A stretch of DNA of 64,000 nt from Hydrocarboniphaga sp. (lineage in GTDB: Bacteria; Pseudomonadota; Gammaproteobacteria; Nevskiales; Nevskiaceae), in the NCBI RefSeq assembly GCF_028291725.1, contig NZ_JAQGNT010000062.1:2966-66965 (forward strand), written 5' to 3'. The translations under genes were made by a program, and so were the position numbers. The notes below the pieces were generated by a model. It searched no databases. It was not told the origin of the DNA and saw nothing but the letters and a program-made list of their open reading frames with translations. This document shows positions 18,209 to 27,468 of the stretch, in pieces (position 1 is the stretch's first letter; every line of letters begins with the position of its first letter).

Positions 18209-18927
18209 CAGATGCGCTCGACCGGCACCGCCAGCATGTAGCCGCCATTGCGCACCGTCTTGACGATCGCCGGATGCGCCGGGTCGAGCTCGATCTTGCG
18301 GCGCAGCCGCGACAAGGCGACGTCGATCGAGCGATCGAAAGCCTCCCAGCTGCGGCCACGCGTCAGATCCATCAGCTGGTCGCGCGTCAGCACGCGCTGC
18401 GGATGGCGTACCAGCACCGATAGCAGATCGTAGTCGCCGGCCGATAGTTCGATCTCGCCGCCATCGGCGCGATTGAGCTGGCGCGCGGACAGGTCGAACT
18501 CGAACTCCGCAAAGCGCACGCGTTCGGCCGGGATCAACGACGTCGCCGCCGATACCGCCGGCGCGGTACGGCGCAGCACCGCGCGGATACGCGCCAGCAG
18601 CTCGCGCGGATTGAAGGGCTTGGGCAGATAGTCGTCGGCGCCCATCTCCAGGCCGATGATGCGGTCCAGATCATCGGCCTTGGCGGTCAGCATCACGATC
18701 GGGATGCCACTGCCGGCGCTGAGGCGGCGGCAGATCGACAGGCCGTCTTCGCCTGGCAGCATCAGGTCGAGCACCACCAACTCGGCACGGCGCTCGCTCA
18801 GCGACTGATCCATCTGCACCGCCGAGCGCACCCAAACCACGTCATAGCCTTCGCGCTGCAGCAGGCCCTGTACCAGAGGACCGATTTCGCGGTCGTCTTC
18901 GACGATCAGAATACGGGTCGCCAGCAT
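18208..18927 (-). CDS. OmpR/PhoB-family response regulator
   Basis: REC domain (ILIVEDD...VVLDLMLPGEDG...LTAKAD) plus winged-helix output (LTRGRSWEAFDRSIDVALSRLRRKIE...VKTVRNGGYML). Confidence 0.95.
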   Translation of the reverse strand: MLATRILIVEDDREIGPLVQGLLQREGYDVVWVRSAVQMDQSLSERRAELVVLDLMLPGEDGLSICRRLSAGSGIPIVMLTAKADDLDRIIGLEMGADDYLPKPFNPRELLARIRAVLRRTAPAVSAATSLIPAERVRFAEFEFDLSARQLNRADGGEIELSAGDYDLLSVLVRHPQRVLTRDQLMDLTRGRSWEAFDRSIDVALSRLRRKIELDPAHPAIVKTVRNGGYMLAVPVERI

Positions 18928-19051
18928 GCGGACTCCTGGAAGGTTGTGAGCCGCGTTATAAGCGAAATCCGCCGATTTCCGCGCGCTTGTTACATCGTGT
19001 CACACGCCGACACCGCGGTGATATCGGACGGAGGCGCGACAGGCGGATGGT

Positions 19052-19453
19052 ATGACCATTGGATTAGCGGAACACCACGGCGCGCTCGGCTTTATCCTGC
19101 TGTTCGTCGTCGTCGTCGACGTCGCCTACTACGCCTTCCACCGCACCAGCCATCGCGTGCGCTGGCTGTGGGCAACCCACTCGGCGCATCACCGCGTGCA
19201 TCACGCCTGCAACCCGGAGCGGATCAACCACAATTTCGGCGGCGCGCTGATCGTCTGGGACCGGATGTTCGGCAGCTATGCCCACAGCGACCGACACGCG
19301 CCGCTGCGCTACGGTATCGACGGTGTCAGCCCGCGCTACAACGCGCTCGCCATCGCATTTGCGGAGTGGCGACAGCTGTTGACCGACATGCATCGGGCGG
19401 GTGGGCCGATCGCCGCGGTACGTACTGCGCTGTCGAGGCCAAGGGCGGCTTAG
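19052..19453 (+). pseudogene. Fatty acid hydroxylase/sterol desaturase superfamily remnant (N-terminally short, internal deletion fusing His boxes)
   Basis: YYAFHRTSHRVRWLWATHSAHHRVHHACNPERINHNFGGALIVWDRMFGSY. The second (HxxHH) and third (HRVHH...N(F/Y)G...WDrlFG) His boxes are directly abutted, where about 80-100 residues normally separate them. Only one TM segment lies upstream. Confidence 0.5.
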
Positions 19454-19665
19454 CCGCCAGGCTTCACACTACGGTTACTGCGCGGATATGCCGGACGCCA
19501 GGTAGCAAAAGTTGCTCGCTCCGCATGACATAAAGAATGAACACTTTTCGTCCCGCCACACGATAGAAAATCCGGCAAACATGCCTCGGTGGAGAGATTA
19601 CCGCAACTCGATCGCGACGGACGTTTCAAACGGCTGCGCAATTCGATCTGCTGGCTGTTCTCGCC

Positions 19666-22002
19666 CTATCTCTGATCGACCGGCGCCGGTGACGGCTGCA
19701 GATCGATCTCGATGTGCCGGCTGTCCGGCTCGTCGTCATGATCGCGGCTGACGAAGCCCAGGCTGCGCGCCAGTGCCAGCATCGGCATGTTCTGTCGCAG
19801 CACATCGCCATGAATCCGCTGCAGGCCCTGGCGGCGGCCGTGCGCCAGCAGTTCACCCATCAGCTGGCGGCCGAGCCCGGAGCCAGCGTGGTCGTGATGC
19901 ACCAGCAGCGCGAATTCGCCGCTCTCGCCATACGGGTCGGTCACCAGATGTGCGACCGCGCAGATCAGGCTGGGCTCGTCCTCGGCCTCGGCGGTCAGCA
20001 CCAGCTCGCGGTCGTAGTCGATCTGGGTCATGCGCGCCGCCATCTCGTGCGAGAAATAGCGGATCGCGGCGAAGAAGCGCATCCGGATGTCTTCGGGGCG
20101 CAGGCGTTCCAGCAAGGTGATCAGCGCCGGTTCGTCCTCGGGGCGGATCGGCCGCACCCGGTAGCGTCGGCCGCGGCGCGACACGATGATCTTGCCCAGT
20201 GTCTCCGGATACGGCGCCAGCACCAGACGCTGGCGTTCCGGTGCCGGCTGCGCATCGAGCTGCAGCTGCGCGTCACCGCTGCGGTGCAACTCGCCGGCCG
20301 CATCGACGGCCAGCGTCAGGCGCAGCGCCGCGATCGGCGCCAGATCCAGCGCCATCTGCGATACGCCGGACAGCGCCCGCATCAGCGGCGCCTGCATCGC
20401 CGCCGGCAAGGCCAGCTCCATCGCCTCGATCATGCGCTGCGCGAGCAGGCCGTCGAGTGGCGGAAACGCGCGCGCGGTGGTCGAGCGCAGCAGGCCGCTG
20501 ACCGCGGTGATCGTAAGATGCGTGCCGAACTCGCGATGCCGCTCGATCGCCAGCTCGAACTGCTGCGCGCCGGTGTCGGCCGACGATGACGGCAGCCGGT
20601 AGCGATCCAGCAGATCGTTCGCTGCGGCGGCATCGAGCGTGAGACAAGCACGTGATAGCGCGGCGTCGAGCAGGCCGCGCGCGGTTTCGCAATCCACCAC
20701 GGCGCGCTCCGACGGCGGCGGCGTCTGCATCAGCAGCTCGCGGGTGCGGCCATGCAGCCAGCGATAACGCAGCGCGCGCGCCGCCTGGCCGGCGGTGACG
20801 AACGTCGCGAGCCCGGCTTCGGTCGAGCGCCGGCGTGCGTCGAGCGCGGTCTTCAAGCCCAGCCAGACCGTCACCAGACGCGGCCCGAGCTGCGCCGACA
20901 GCAGCGCGTCGACATAAAGCCGGTGCGCCGAATCCAGCTGCGGGCTGTGCACCAGCAGCAGGTAGTCGCACTGCGGGTCGGCGAGCAGCGCGCCGCACAG
21001 ACCGGCCAGCGCCTCGGGCTCGGTCGGGCCGGCGTCGATCGCGCCTTCGAGCCGCCGTGCGCGCGGCGCGAGTTGGTGGATCGCGTCAAAGGTCTCGTCG
21101 CTGCAGGCGCCGAGTGCGAGCTGCTGCCGCAGCACCGCATCGACGCCCAGCGCGCACAGCCCGGCGCCATTGCCGACCGTCATCACGCGCACCCGATCGC
21201 GGGCCGGAATCCGCGCCAGCGCGGTCAGCGCGTCGAACAGGCCATCCAAGGTCAGGCACTCGACCAGCCCGGCGCGAGCGAATGCCGCGCTACGCACCGG
21301 ATCGGCGCCGCTGAGCGCCGCGCGGCCGCCGACGCGGCTTTGCAGCACGACCACCGGCTTGAGGCGCGCACAGGCCCGCGCGGCCGACATGAACTTGCGC
21401 CCGCCGCGCACCGCACCGACCTGCAGAATCACCGCGCGCGTATTCGGATCGAGCGCGGCGACGTCGAGAAAGTCGGCGACGTCGGCGTCCTGTTCGGCGC
21501 CGGTGGTCACCGCCCAGGAGAAACCGATGCCGCGGCCGCTGGCCCAGTCGATCGCAGCGGCGGCGATCGAGCCCGACTGCGTGATCAGCGCCAGCGAGCC
21601 GGCGGCCATGTCCGGCGGAAACTCGCCGGCCGACAGGCCGCTGCCATGGAAAAAACCGGCGGAACGCGGCCCGAGGAATCGCAGCCGGTGCGGGCGCGCC
21701 GCCTGCAGCACCGCGTCCGGAATCGGATCGGCACTCGGCCAGATCACGCCGCGACAGCCCGACTCCGCCAGCGCCGCGATGGCGCGCGGCCCGATCAGCC
21801 GCGCATCGAACACCACCGCCAGCCGCTGCAGGCTGGCGCGCTTGAGCTGCGCATGCAGCGCCGGTTTCGAGACGACCTGCTCCAGCGAAGCCGCGCTCGC
21901 AGCCAGACGCTGCAGCAGGCCGCGCTCGAGCGCCGTGGTCGGCTCGCCGATCGCCAGCACGTCGCGGCTGCGCAACAGCTTGTCGAGATTCTGGCCGCTC
22001 AT
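19666..22002 (-). CDS. pat: Pat/YfiQ-type protein lysine acetyltransferase (NDP-forming acyl-CoA synthetase-like region plus C-terminal GNAT)
   Basis: Large N-terminal CoA-binding/succinyl-CoA-synthetase-like region. C-terminal GNAT (VRPIRPEDEPALITLLERL...LLVHHDHAGSGLGRQLMGELLAHGRRQG). Start 22002 (MSGQNLDKLL) lies 7 nt after the HDAC stop. Confidence 0.85.
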   Translation of the reverse strand: MSGQNLDKLLRSRDVLAIGEPTTALERGLLQRLAASAASLEQVVSKPALHAQLKRASLQRLAVVFDARLIGPRAIAALAESGCRGVIWPSADPIPDAVLQAARPHRLRFLGPRSAGFFHGSGLSAGEFPPDMAAGSLALITQSGSIAAAAIDWASGRGIGFSWAVTTGAEQDADVADFLDVAALDPNTRAVILQVGAVRGGRKFMSAARACARLKPVVVLQSRVGGRAALSGADPVRSAAFARAGLVECLTLDGLFDALTALARIPARDRVRVMTVGNGAGLCALGVDAVLRQQLALGACSDETFDAIHQLAPRARRLEGAIDAGPTEPEALAGLCGALLADPQCDYLLLVHSPQLDSAHRLYVDALLSAQLGPRLVTVWLGLKTALDARRRSTEAGLATFVTAGQAARALRYRWLHGRTRELLMQTPPPSERAVVDCETARGLLDAALSRACLTLDAAAANDLLDRYRLPSSSADTGAQQFELAIERHREFGTHLTITAVSGLLRSTTARAFPPLDGLLAQRMIEAMELALPAAMQAPLMRALSGVSQMALDLAPIAALRLTLAVDAAGELHRSGDAQLQLDAQPAPERQRLVLAPYPETLGKIIVSRRGRRYRVRPIRPEDEPALITLLERLRPEDIRMRFFAAIRYFSHEMAARMTQIDYDRELVLTAEAEDEPSLICAVAHLVTDPYGESGEFALLVHHDHAGSGLGRQLMGELLAHGRRQGLQRIHGDVLRQNMPMLALARSLGFVSRDHDDEPDSRHIEIDLQPSPAPVDQR

Positions 22003-22009
22003 GCGCCGC

Positions 22010-22939
22010 TCATGCGCCGATAAACGGCCGCACGAAAGCTTCGACACAGCGCGCCAGCGCATGCGGGTTGTAGCCGCCTTCCAGCATCGCGACGACGCGG
22101 TTCTTGCAGCGGCGCGCGGCGAAGTCGCGGATCTGAGTGCCGGTCCAGTAGAAATCCTCGTCGCTCAGGCACAGCCCGGCCATCGGATCGCGCGCATGGG
22201 CGTCGAAGCCGGCGGATACGAAAATCATCTGCGGATCGAATTCTTCCAGCGCCGGCAGCCAGTGGTTCTGCACCGCGTCGCGATACGCCTCGCTGCCGGC
22301 GCCTTCGGCCAGCGGCATGTCGATCAGCCCCGGCGCATCGGGATCACCGGCCCAGTAGGGATACAGCGGATGCTGGTAGGTCGAGCACAGCAGCACGCGC
22401 GGCTCCTTGCGGAAAATGTCCGCGGTGCCGTTGCCGTAATGCACGTCGAAGTCGAGCACCGCGACGCGCGGGATACCGCGCGCCAGCGCTTCGGCAGCGG
22501 CCACCGCGATGTTATTGAAGAAACAAAAACCCATCGCGCGATCGCGCTCGGCATGATGCCCCGGCGGCCGCACGTTGCAGAACACGAAGCCGGCCCGTTG
22601 CGACAGCAGCAGCTCGACCGCCAGCACGCCGGCACCGGCCGCATGTAGTGCGGCCTCGGCGGTGTGGGCGTTCATCGAGGTATCCGGATCGATGTGCACC
22701 AAGCCTACGGCCGGATGCGTACCGAGCACCGCTTCGACATGCTCGGCGCCGTGCACGCGCAGCAGGGCCTCGGCGCTGGCGGACGGGGCTTCGGCGCGAT
22801 GCAGGAACAGATCCAGGCCGGTGGCCAGCAACCGGTCCTCGATCGCCGCCAGGCGCTCCGGACATTCCGGATGCTCGTCCTCCATCCGGTGCAGCCGGCA
22901 ACTCGGATGCGTGATCCAGTAGCTGGGCAGCGCGGCCAT
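22010..22939 (-). CDS. Histone deacetylase-family (class II HDAC/AcuC-like) Zn-dependent deacetylase
   Basis: HPECPERL, RPPGHHAERDRAMGFCFFNN, LDFDVHYGNGT, SAGFDAHARDP. Start 22939 has a GGAG RBS. Alternative upstream ATG at 22957. Confidence 0.9.
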   Translation of the reverse strand: MAALPSYWITHPSCRLHRMEDEHPECPERLAAIEDRLLATGLDLFLHRAEAPSASAEALLRVHGAEHVEAVLGTHPAVGLVHIDPDTSMNAHTAEAALHAAGAGVLAVELLLSQRAGFVFCNVRPPGHHAERDRAMGFCFFNNIAVAAAEALARGIPRVAVLDFDVHYGNGTADIFRKEPRVLLCSTYQHPLYPYWAGDPDAPGLIDMPLAEGAGSEAYRDAVQNHWLPALEEFDPQMIFVSAGFDAHARDPMAGLCLSDEDFYWTGTQIRDFAARRCKNRVVAMLEGGYNPHALARCVEAFVRPFIGA

Positions 22940-23021
22940 CGTGACTCCGGTGATCAATCGACGCCCGATTGAAGCACGAGTCCGCGCGGATTTCGCTGAC
23001 GCCGGTCAACAGGGCGTAGGC

Positions 23022-23099
23022 GTAGGTTGGGGTGAGCGCAGCGAACCCCAACATTGATTCGCGCCGATGTTGGGGTTCGCTGCGCTCACCCCAACCTAC
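23022..23099. repeat. REP family 2 inverted pair (unit GTAG-GTTGGGGT-GAGCGCAGCGA-ACCCCAAC)
   Basis: gtaggttggggtgagcgcagcgaaccccaac at 23022-23052 and gttggggttcgctgcgctcaccccaacctac at 23069-23099. Confidence 0.9.
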
Positions 23100-23668
23100 A
23101 CCGGTTTGCGCCAGATCCACAGCAGCGCCAGGCCGCCGATCAATCCGCCCAGGTGAGCAAAGTGCGCGACACCGGCAAACGTGCCGGTCACGCCCGAATA
23201 CAGTTCCACCGCCGCGTACAGGCTGACGAACACCGGTGCCGGCAACGGGATCGGCGGGATCAGCAGGATCACCTTGCGCCGCGGATACAGCCAGGCAAAC
23301 GCGGCGAGCACGCCGAACAGACCGCCGGAAGCCCCAACCGTCGGCACCGGATCGCGGGCGAAGAACGAGGTGAACGCGAGCTGCGCGAAGCTCGCAGTCA
23401 GCACACTCGCGGCATAGAGCTGGGCGAAGCGCGAGGAGCCGAGCGCGCGCTCGACGTCGCGGCCGAACATCCAGACACCCAGCATGTTGGTACCCAGGTG
23501 CATCAGGCTGCCATGCAGGAAGGCGCAAGTGACGATCTGCCAGGGCGCGAACCCGGCCTGCAGCGGCCACAGCGCGAAGTCTCGCAGCATTACGTCGCCG
23601 AGCAGCATCTGCAGGCCGAAGATCAGCAGATTGACAACGAGCAGCGCGTAGGTAACGGGAGTCATCAT
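23096..23668 (-). CDS. Rhomboid family intramembrane serine protease
   Basis: FLHGSLMHLGTNMLGVW (HxxxN region), VGASGGLFGVLAA (GxSG catalytic Ser), FAHLGGLIGG (catalytic His). Start at the MMTPVTY doublet. The longer ORF reads through a REP. Confidence 0.85.
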   Translation of the reverse strand: MMTPVTYALLVVNLLIFGLQMLLGDVMLRDFALWPLQAGFAPWQIVTCAFLHGSLMHLGTNMLGVWMFGRDVERALGSSRFAQLYAASVLTASFAQLAFTSFFARDPVPTVGASGGLFGVLAAFAWLYPRRKVILLIPPIPLPAPVFVSLYAAVELYSGVTGTFAGVAHFAHLGGLIGGLALLWIWRKPV

Positions 23669-23700
23669 AGGGCCTGGCTTAGCGAGTAGCGCGGCAGGGC

Positions 23701-23780
23701 GTAGGTCGGCAATCCCTTGCCGACATGAGGCCCCGATTGCACATCGTGCTTCGCACGTCGGCAAGGGATTGCCGACCTAC
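23701..23780. repeat. REP family 1 inverted pair
   Basis: gtaggtcggcaatcccttgccgac at 23701-23724 and gtcggcaagggattgccgacctac at 23757-23780. Confidence 0.9.
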
Positions 23781-24853
23781 GGTTTTGCGTCCGGCTTCGG
23801 CTCGAGATTCTCGAAGTTCGGCTTATAGGCCTCGACGAAGGCGTTCCTCAGTATCGCCAGAATCGCCGTTACCGGATGGGTCTCGGTTGCACCGATCTCG
23901 CCACTGATTTCGATGCGTGTCGCGAACTGGTCTTTGCGATGATTCTTGAACAGCTCGGTGAACAGCCCCGCGGTCGCCTCCCAGGCCAGGCGCAGCGGAT
24001 TCTTCTGCTGCTGCTCGACGTCCTGCTTCCAGCTGAAGATTTTCAGATCCTGGAATAGCGGCTTGGCGTAGCCGCGCAGATGCCCGTCGTGCGCGTCGAG
24101 CTCGGTGACAAACTCGCCGTGGCCGGAGGCGAAATCCAGCTTGGCGTAGGCGCGCGCAAAATCGTTGGCCTCGACGACGTCGATGTCGAGAATCCGCAGG
24201 CGCAGGCTGAAATCACGCGATTCGTTGAACGGATCGAACTCCGCATGCGCCTCGGCCGGCGCCTTGCCCAGCATCTGCGCATGGGCATCGAACACCGCGA
24301 CTCGGCGGCCGCTCGCGTCCTCGACATTGGTCAGATTGCGCACGCTGCCGTTGACCTGGGTCGCGCGCAAATCAACGGGCGGCTCCGACACGAAATTGTG
24401 GAATACCAGCACGCCGTCGATCACCTGGATCTCGTCGATGCGTACCGGCATCAGCTTCTCCAGCTGCGAGCGCCAGTCCACGCCCTTGCCGCTCTGGCCA
24501 TCGGCTTCGCCGCGGCCGTCGACGAAGTTCAGTTCGGCCTGGTAGAACTCCACGCTCGCGACGACCTTGCCGCGCACCAGATCGCGCCAGCGCACCGCCA
24601 GCTCGGTGCGCGGCGCTTTCAGCAGCGGCAGCGGCACCTTGCCGGTGTTCTTGACGATCGCCAGGTCGTGGATCGTGTACGCGCCGCGCCACAGATGCAG
24701 GTCCACTTCGCTGAACTGGCCGTGATAGCTGCCCATCGTCGCCAATCGGGCGTTCAGGTAGCTCGTGACCCAATAGGGCAGCGTCATCCGCAACAGCACC
24801 AGCAGCACCGCAATGCCGATGATCACGCTCAAGGATCGCATCCTGCGATTCAT
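23777..24853 (-). CDS. DUF748 domain-containing membrane-anchored protein
   Basis: MNRRMRSLSVIIGIAVLLVLLRMTLPYWVTSYLNARL...VDLHLWRGAYTIHDLAIVK...VEFYQAELNFVDG is the typical DUF748 N-terminal anchor and repeat. The upstream part of the 452-aa track ORF is Arg/Pro-rich and implausible. Confidence 0.7.
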   Translation of the reverse strand: MNRRMRSLSVIIGIAVLLVLLRMTLPYWVTSYLNARLATMGSYHGQFSEVDLHLWRGAYTIHDLAIVKNTGKVPLPLLKAPRTELAVRWRDLVRGKVVASVEFYQAELNFVDGRGEADGQSGKGVDWRSQLEKLMPVRIDEIQVIDGVLVFHNFVSEPPVDLRATQVNGSVRNLTNVEDASGRRVAVFDAHAQMLGKAPAEAHAEFDPFNESRDFSLRLRILDIDVVEANDFARAYAKLDFASGHGEFVTELDAHDGHLRGYAKPLFQDLKIFSWKQDVEQQQKNPLRLAWEATAGLFTELFKNHRKDQFATRIEISGEIGATETHPVTAILAILRNAFVEAYKPNFENLEPKPDAKP

Positions 24854-24903
24854 GCAAGAGACTCCATCACGCCGCAAGCATCCATTCTCAAGGAGCGGGC
24901 ACC

Positions 24904-25077
24904 ATGAAGGAAAAAACCGAGCAGCACCAGCGCAAGCAGACCGAGCAGGAGCATCCGCCGGTTCCGAGCATCGACACCCAGGACCGCGTGGACGAAGCCT
25001 CCTACGACTCGTTCCCGGCCAGCGACCCGCCGGCGCACAACGCCAGCCGCGAAAAGCCGACAGCAAAACCCAGCTGA
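24904..25077 (+). CDS. small conserved-motif protein (57 aa) with SFPASDPP motif; below the 60-aa cut-off of the ORF track
   Basis: AGGAG RBS (aaggagcgggcaccATG). MKEKTEQHQRKQTEQEHPPVPSIDTQDRVDEASYDSFPASDPPAHNASREKPTAKPS. The (E/D)SFPASDPP motif recurs in small proteobacterial proteins, as I recall. Confidence 0.55.
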   Translation: MKEKTEQHQRKQTEQEHPPVPSIDTQDRVDEASYDSFPASDPPAHNASREKPTAKPS

Positions 25078-25293
25078 TCGAGCTCGAGGCGAGGCGCAGG
25101 CTTGAGGGGCGATGGCGGCCCTTCGTCCGCCTCACCGCAGCCCAGGGCCCGACCTGCAGGAGCCGTCCTCAGCAAGCTTGATGATGACGCGCATGCGCGC
25201 TTGGGCATACGCTCATTGGAGGACGAGCCGGTCTTTCGATGCTGGGCATTGCCCAGCGGGCCAGATCGCGCGGTGGCGGACAGGGGATGAAAA

Positions 25294-27468
25294 ATGCTCA
25301 CAAGCAGCTTGCAGCGGCTGGGACAAACATCGTTTGTCCGCTTTGTCGAAGACCTGGTACGCATTGGTGTCATCGGTGCGTTTCCGTTCGCCAGTATCGC
25401 CTTGCTCGCCGTCGTGCTCTCGGTTCCCCAGGGCCAGGACGTGCTGCGGGTATTGCTTGAGAAGTCGCGCAACGAACACGACATCGCCGACCTGATCTGC
25501 CTGGCGCTCACCGCTTTGATGCAGTCGCTATCGGTCTGGTATTGCCTCAGATGGCTGCTCACCGGCCAGTTTTCGGGGCTGCCGCTGCAGATCCCGGAAG
25601 GACATTGGCTGCGCCGCTGGATTCCCCGTGTCGGCGGCGCTTCGATCCCGGCGTCAATCGCGCTCTCGCTGGCGTTTATCCCGAACCGGCATCCCGTCGA
25701 CTGGATCTGGATCGGCGGCTTCATCGCGCTGGCCGTGGCGCTGATCGTGTTCTTCATCGGACGCCGGATGCTGCTGGACACGCTGGGCGATCAGCGCGCA
25801 CAGGTCGCGCCGCACGTAGCGCTGCCACCCGGCACGGTTCGAATCATGGCCTGGGCGCTTGCGCTGAGCTTCGCGATCACGGGGATTTTCATCGCGTTTC
25901 CTGTCACCGCCCCACGCGCCCTTGGTGCAGCCGCTCTACTGCCATTGGCACTGGCCAGCATCAACCTGTTCGGAAGCATGCTGCTGACCTGGCTTCCATT
26001 GAAGAATGGCCTGCCGATACTCACGCTTGCGGTGCTGGTCTGGGCGACGATCTGCGGCCTGTTCAACGACAATCACCGCGTGCGCACGACTACTGCGCTG
26101 CCGGGGAGCCTCGAAACGGAGCAGCGTCCCACTCTCGAGGAACAGTTCGTCAGCTGGAGTGCTCGCCACAATGCCGACGGCTCAGCGCCCTACGTCGTCA
26201 TCGCGACCGAAGGTGGCGGCATTCGGGCGGCGTTCTGGACGGCCGCGATTCTCGAAGAACTGTCGCATCGCATCCCGGGCCTGAGCAGCCGCATCTTCGC
26301 TGTCAGCGGCGTTTCCGGCGGCAGTCTCGGCGCCTCGGCCTGGCTGGCAAGCCTGCCGCCAACGGATCGCGCGGCGACCAGCGCATGCACGGCAACGCAG
26401 TCGCTGCAGGGCGACTACCTGGCTCCGGCGATCGCTGGCGTGCTGTTCGGCGACGCGATCCAGCGGTTTCTGCCGTTCAAGTTTCCGCGGCAGATACTGG
26501 ACCGGTCCAGGGCGATCGAGGAAAGCTGGGCCGATGCCTTCGATCAATGCCCGGAACAGCGCATGTGGCACACTTTGCGGGAGATCTACTCGAAGTCGGT
26601 TGCGCCGGACCTGCCCTCGGTGTTCCTGAATACGACGATCGTCGAAACCGGCCAGCGCGCCATCCAGTCCAATGTCCAGGTCCAATTCGACGACGCCGTG
26701 GATCTGCAAGCCGCGAAGTTCTCGAGCGCCTATCAGCCGCTGGCCGGCGTTACCCACAACAGTGCGCGGTTCCCGCTGATCAGCCCCGCCGGCACGGTGC
26801 TTGAGTTCAATGGCAAGAAATGGGCGCCGCGTTATCGCGTCGTCGATGGTGGCTACTTCGACAACTCCGGTGCCGCCACGGCCTTCGACATCATCCATCA
26901 GCTCCAGACATCGAAGAGCGATGACGTCGGCAAGCGGCGCCCGATACTGCTGATCATCCGCAACGATGCCGACGCGGAGAATCTGTGTGCAACGCCAGAC
27001 TGCAGGAAGCTGATCAAGGCGGCCGGCGACCAGAAAATCGCAGCCACACAGTTGGTAGAAAAAGAAAAAGCGAAACGCTGTTCAACTACGGCGGGAACCA
27101 AGCCAGGCAACGTCGGCCCCAGTTCGATTCTCCCGGAGACCTCGTCGATCATCCTGGGGCTCTACAACGCACGTTCCGCTCACGCCCGCCTGGCAGCACT
27201 GGCCGCGGTGCGCGAGCTAGCGCAATCGCGTGCCGACGCATCAGCGGACTCCGCGACACCGGCCGCCGTCTACGAACTGGCTTTTCACATGCCAGACCCC
27301 TGCTCCGACAACGACGTCGCGCCGCCGCTGGGCTGGGTACTGTCGAATGCTTCGCAGGCTACGATGAGAAAATCGGCGGCAACGCTCGCCAGCAGCATCG
27401 CCGATGACCTGGCGGCACTGCTGCATCTCCAAGCGTTCAAAGCTCCTTGGCCAGACGCAGGCCGCTGA
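25294..27468 (+). CDS. Polytopic membrane protein fused to a patatin-like phospholipase domain
   Basis: About 270 aa N-terminal region with about 7 hydrophobic segments. Then TEGGGIRAA (oxyanion GGGxR), GVSGGS (GxSxG) and VVDGGYFDNSGA (catalytic Asp DGG). Confidence 0.85.
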   Translation: MLTSSLQRLGQTSFVRFVEDLVRIGVIGAFPFASIALLAVVLSVPQGQDVLRVLLEKSRNEHDIADLICLALTALMQSLSVWYCLRWLLTGQFSGLPLQIPEGHWLRRWIPRVGGASIPASIALSLAFIPNRHPVDWIWIGGFIALAVALIVFFIGRRMLLDTLGDQRAQVAPHVALPPGTVRIMAWALALSFAITGIFIAFPVTAPRALGAAALLPLALASINLFGSMLLTWLPLKNGLPILTLAVLVWATICGLFNDNHRVRTTTALPGSLETEQRPTLEEQFVSWSARHNADGSAPYVVIATEGGGIRAAFWTAAILEELSHRIPGLSSRIFAVSGVSGGSLGASAWLASLPPTDRAATSACTATQSLQGDYLAPAIAGVLFGDAIQRFLPFKFPRQILDRSRAIEESWADAFDQCPEQRMWHTLREIYSKSVAPDLPSVFLNTTIVETGQRAIQSNVQVQFDDAVDLQAAKFSSAYQPLAGVTHNSARFPLISPAGTVLEFNGKKWAPRYRVVDGGYFDNSGAATAFDIIHQLQTSKSDDVGKRRPILLIIRNDADAENLCATPDCRKLIKAAGDQKIAATQLVEKEKAKRCSTTAGTKPGNVGPSSILPETSSIILGLYNARSAHARLAALAAVRELAQSRADASADSATPAAVYELAFHMPDPCSDNDVAPPLGWVLSNASQATMRKSAATLASSIADDLAALLHLQAFKAPWPDAGR

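Noticed and set aside
20752-22648. Two long + strand ORFs (423 and 492 aa)
   Set aside because: They are antisense to pat and the HDAC gene. They are Arg/Ala-rich with no domain signatures.
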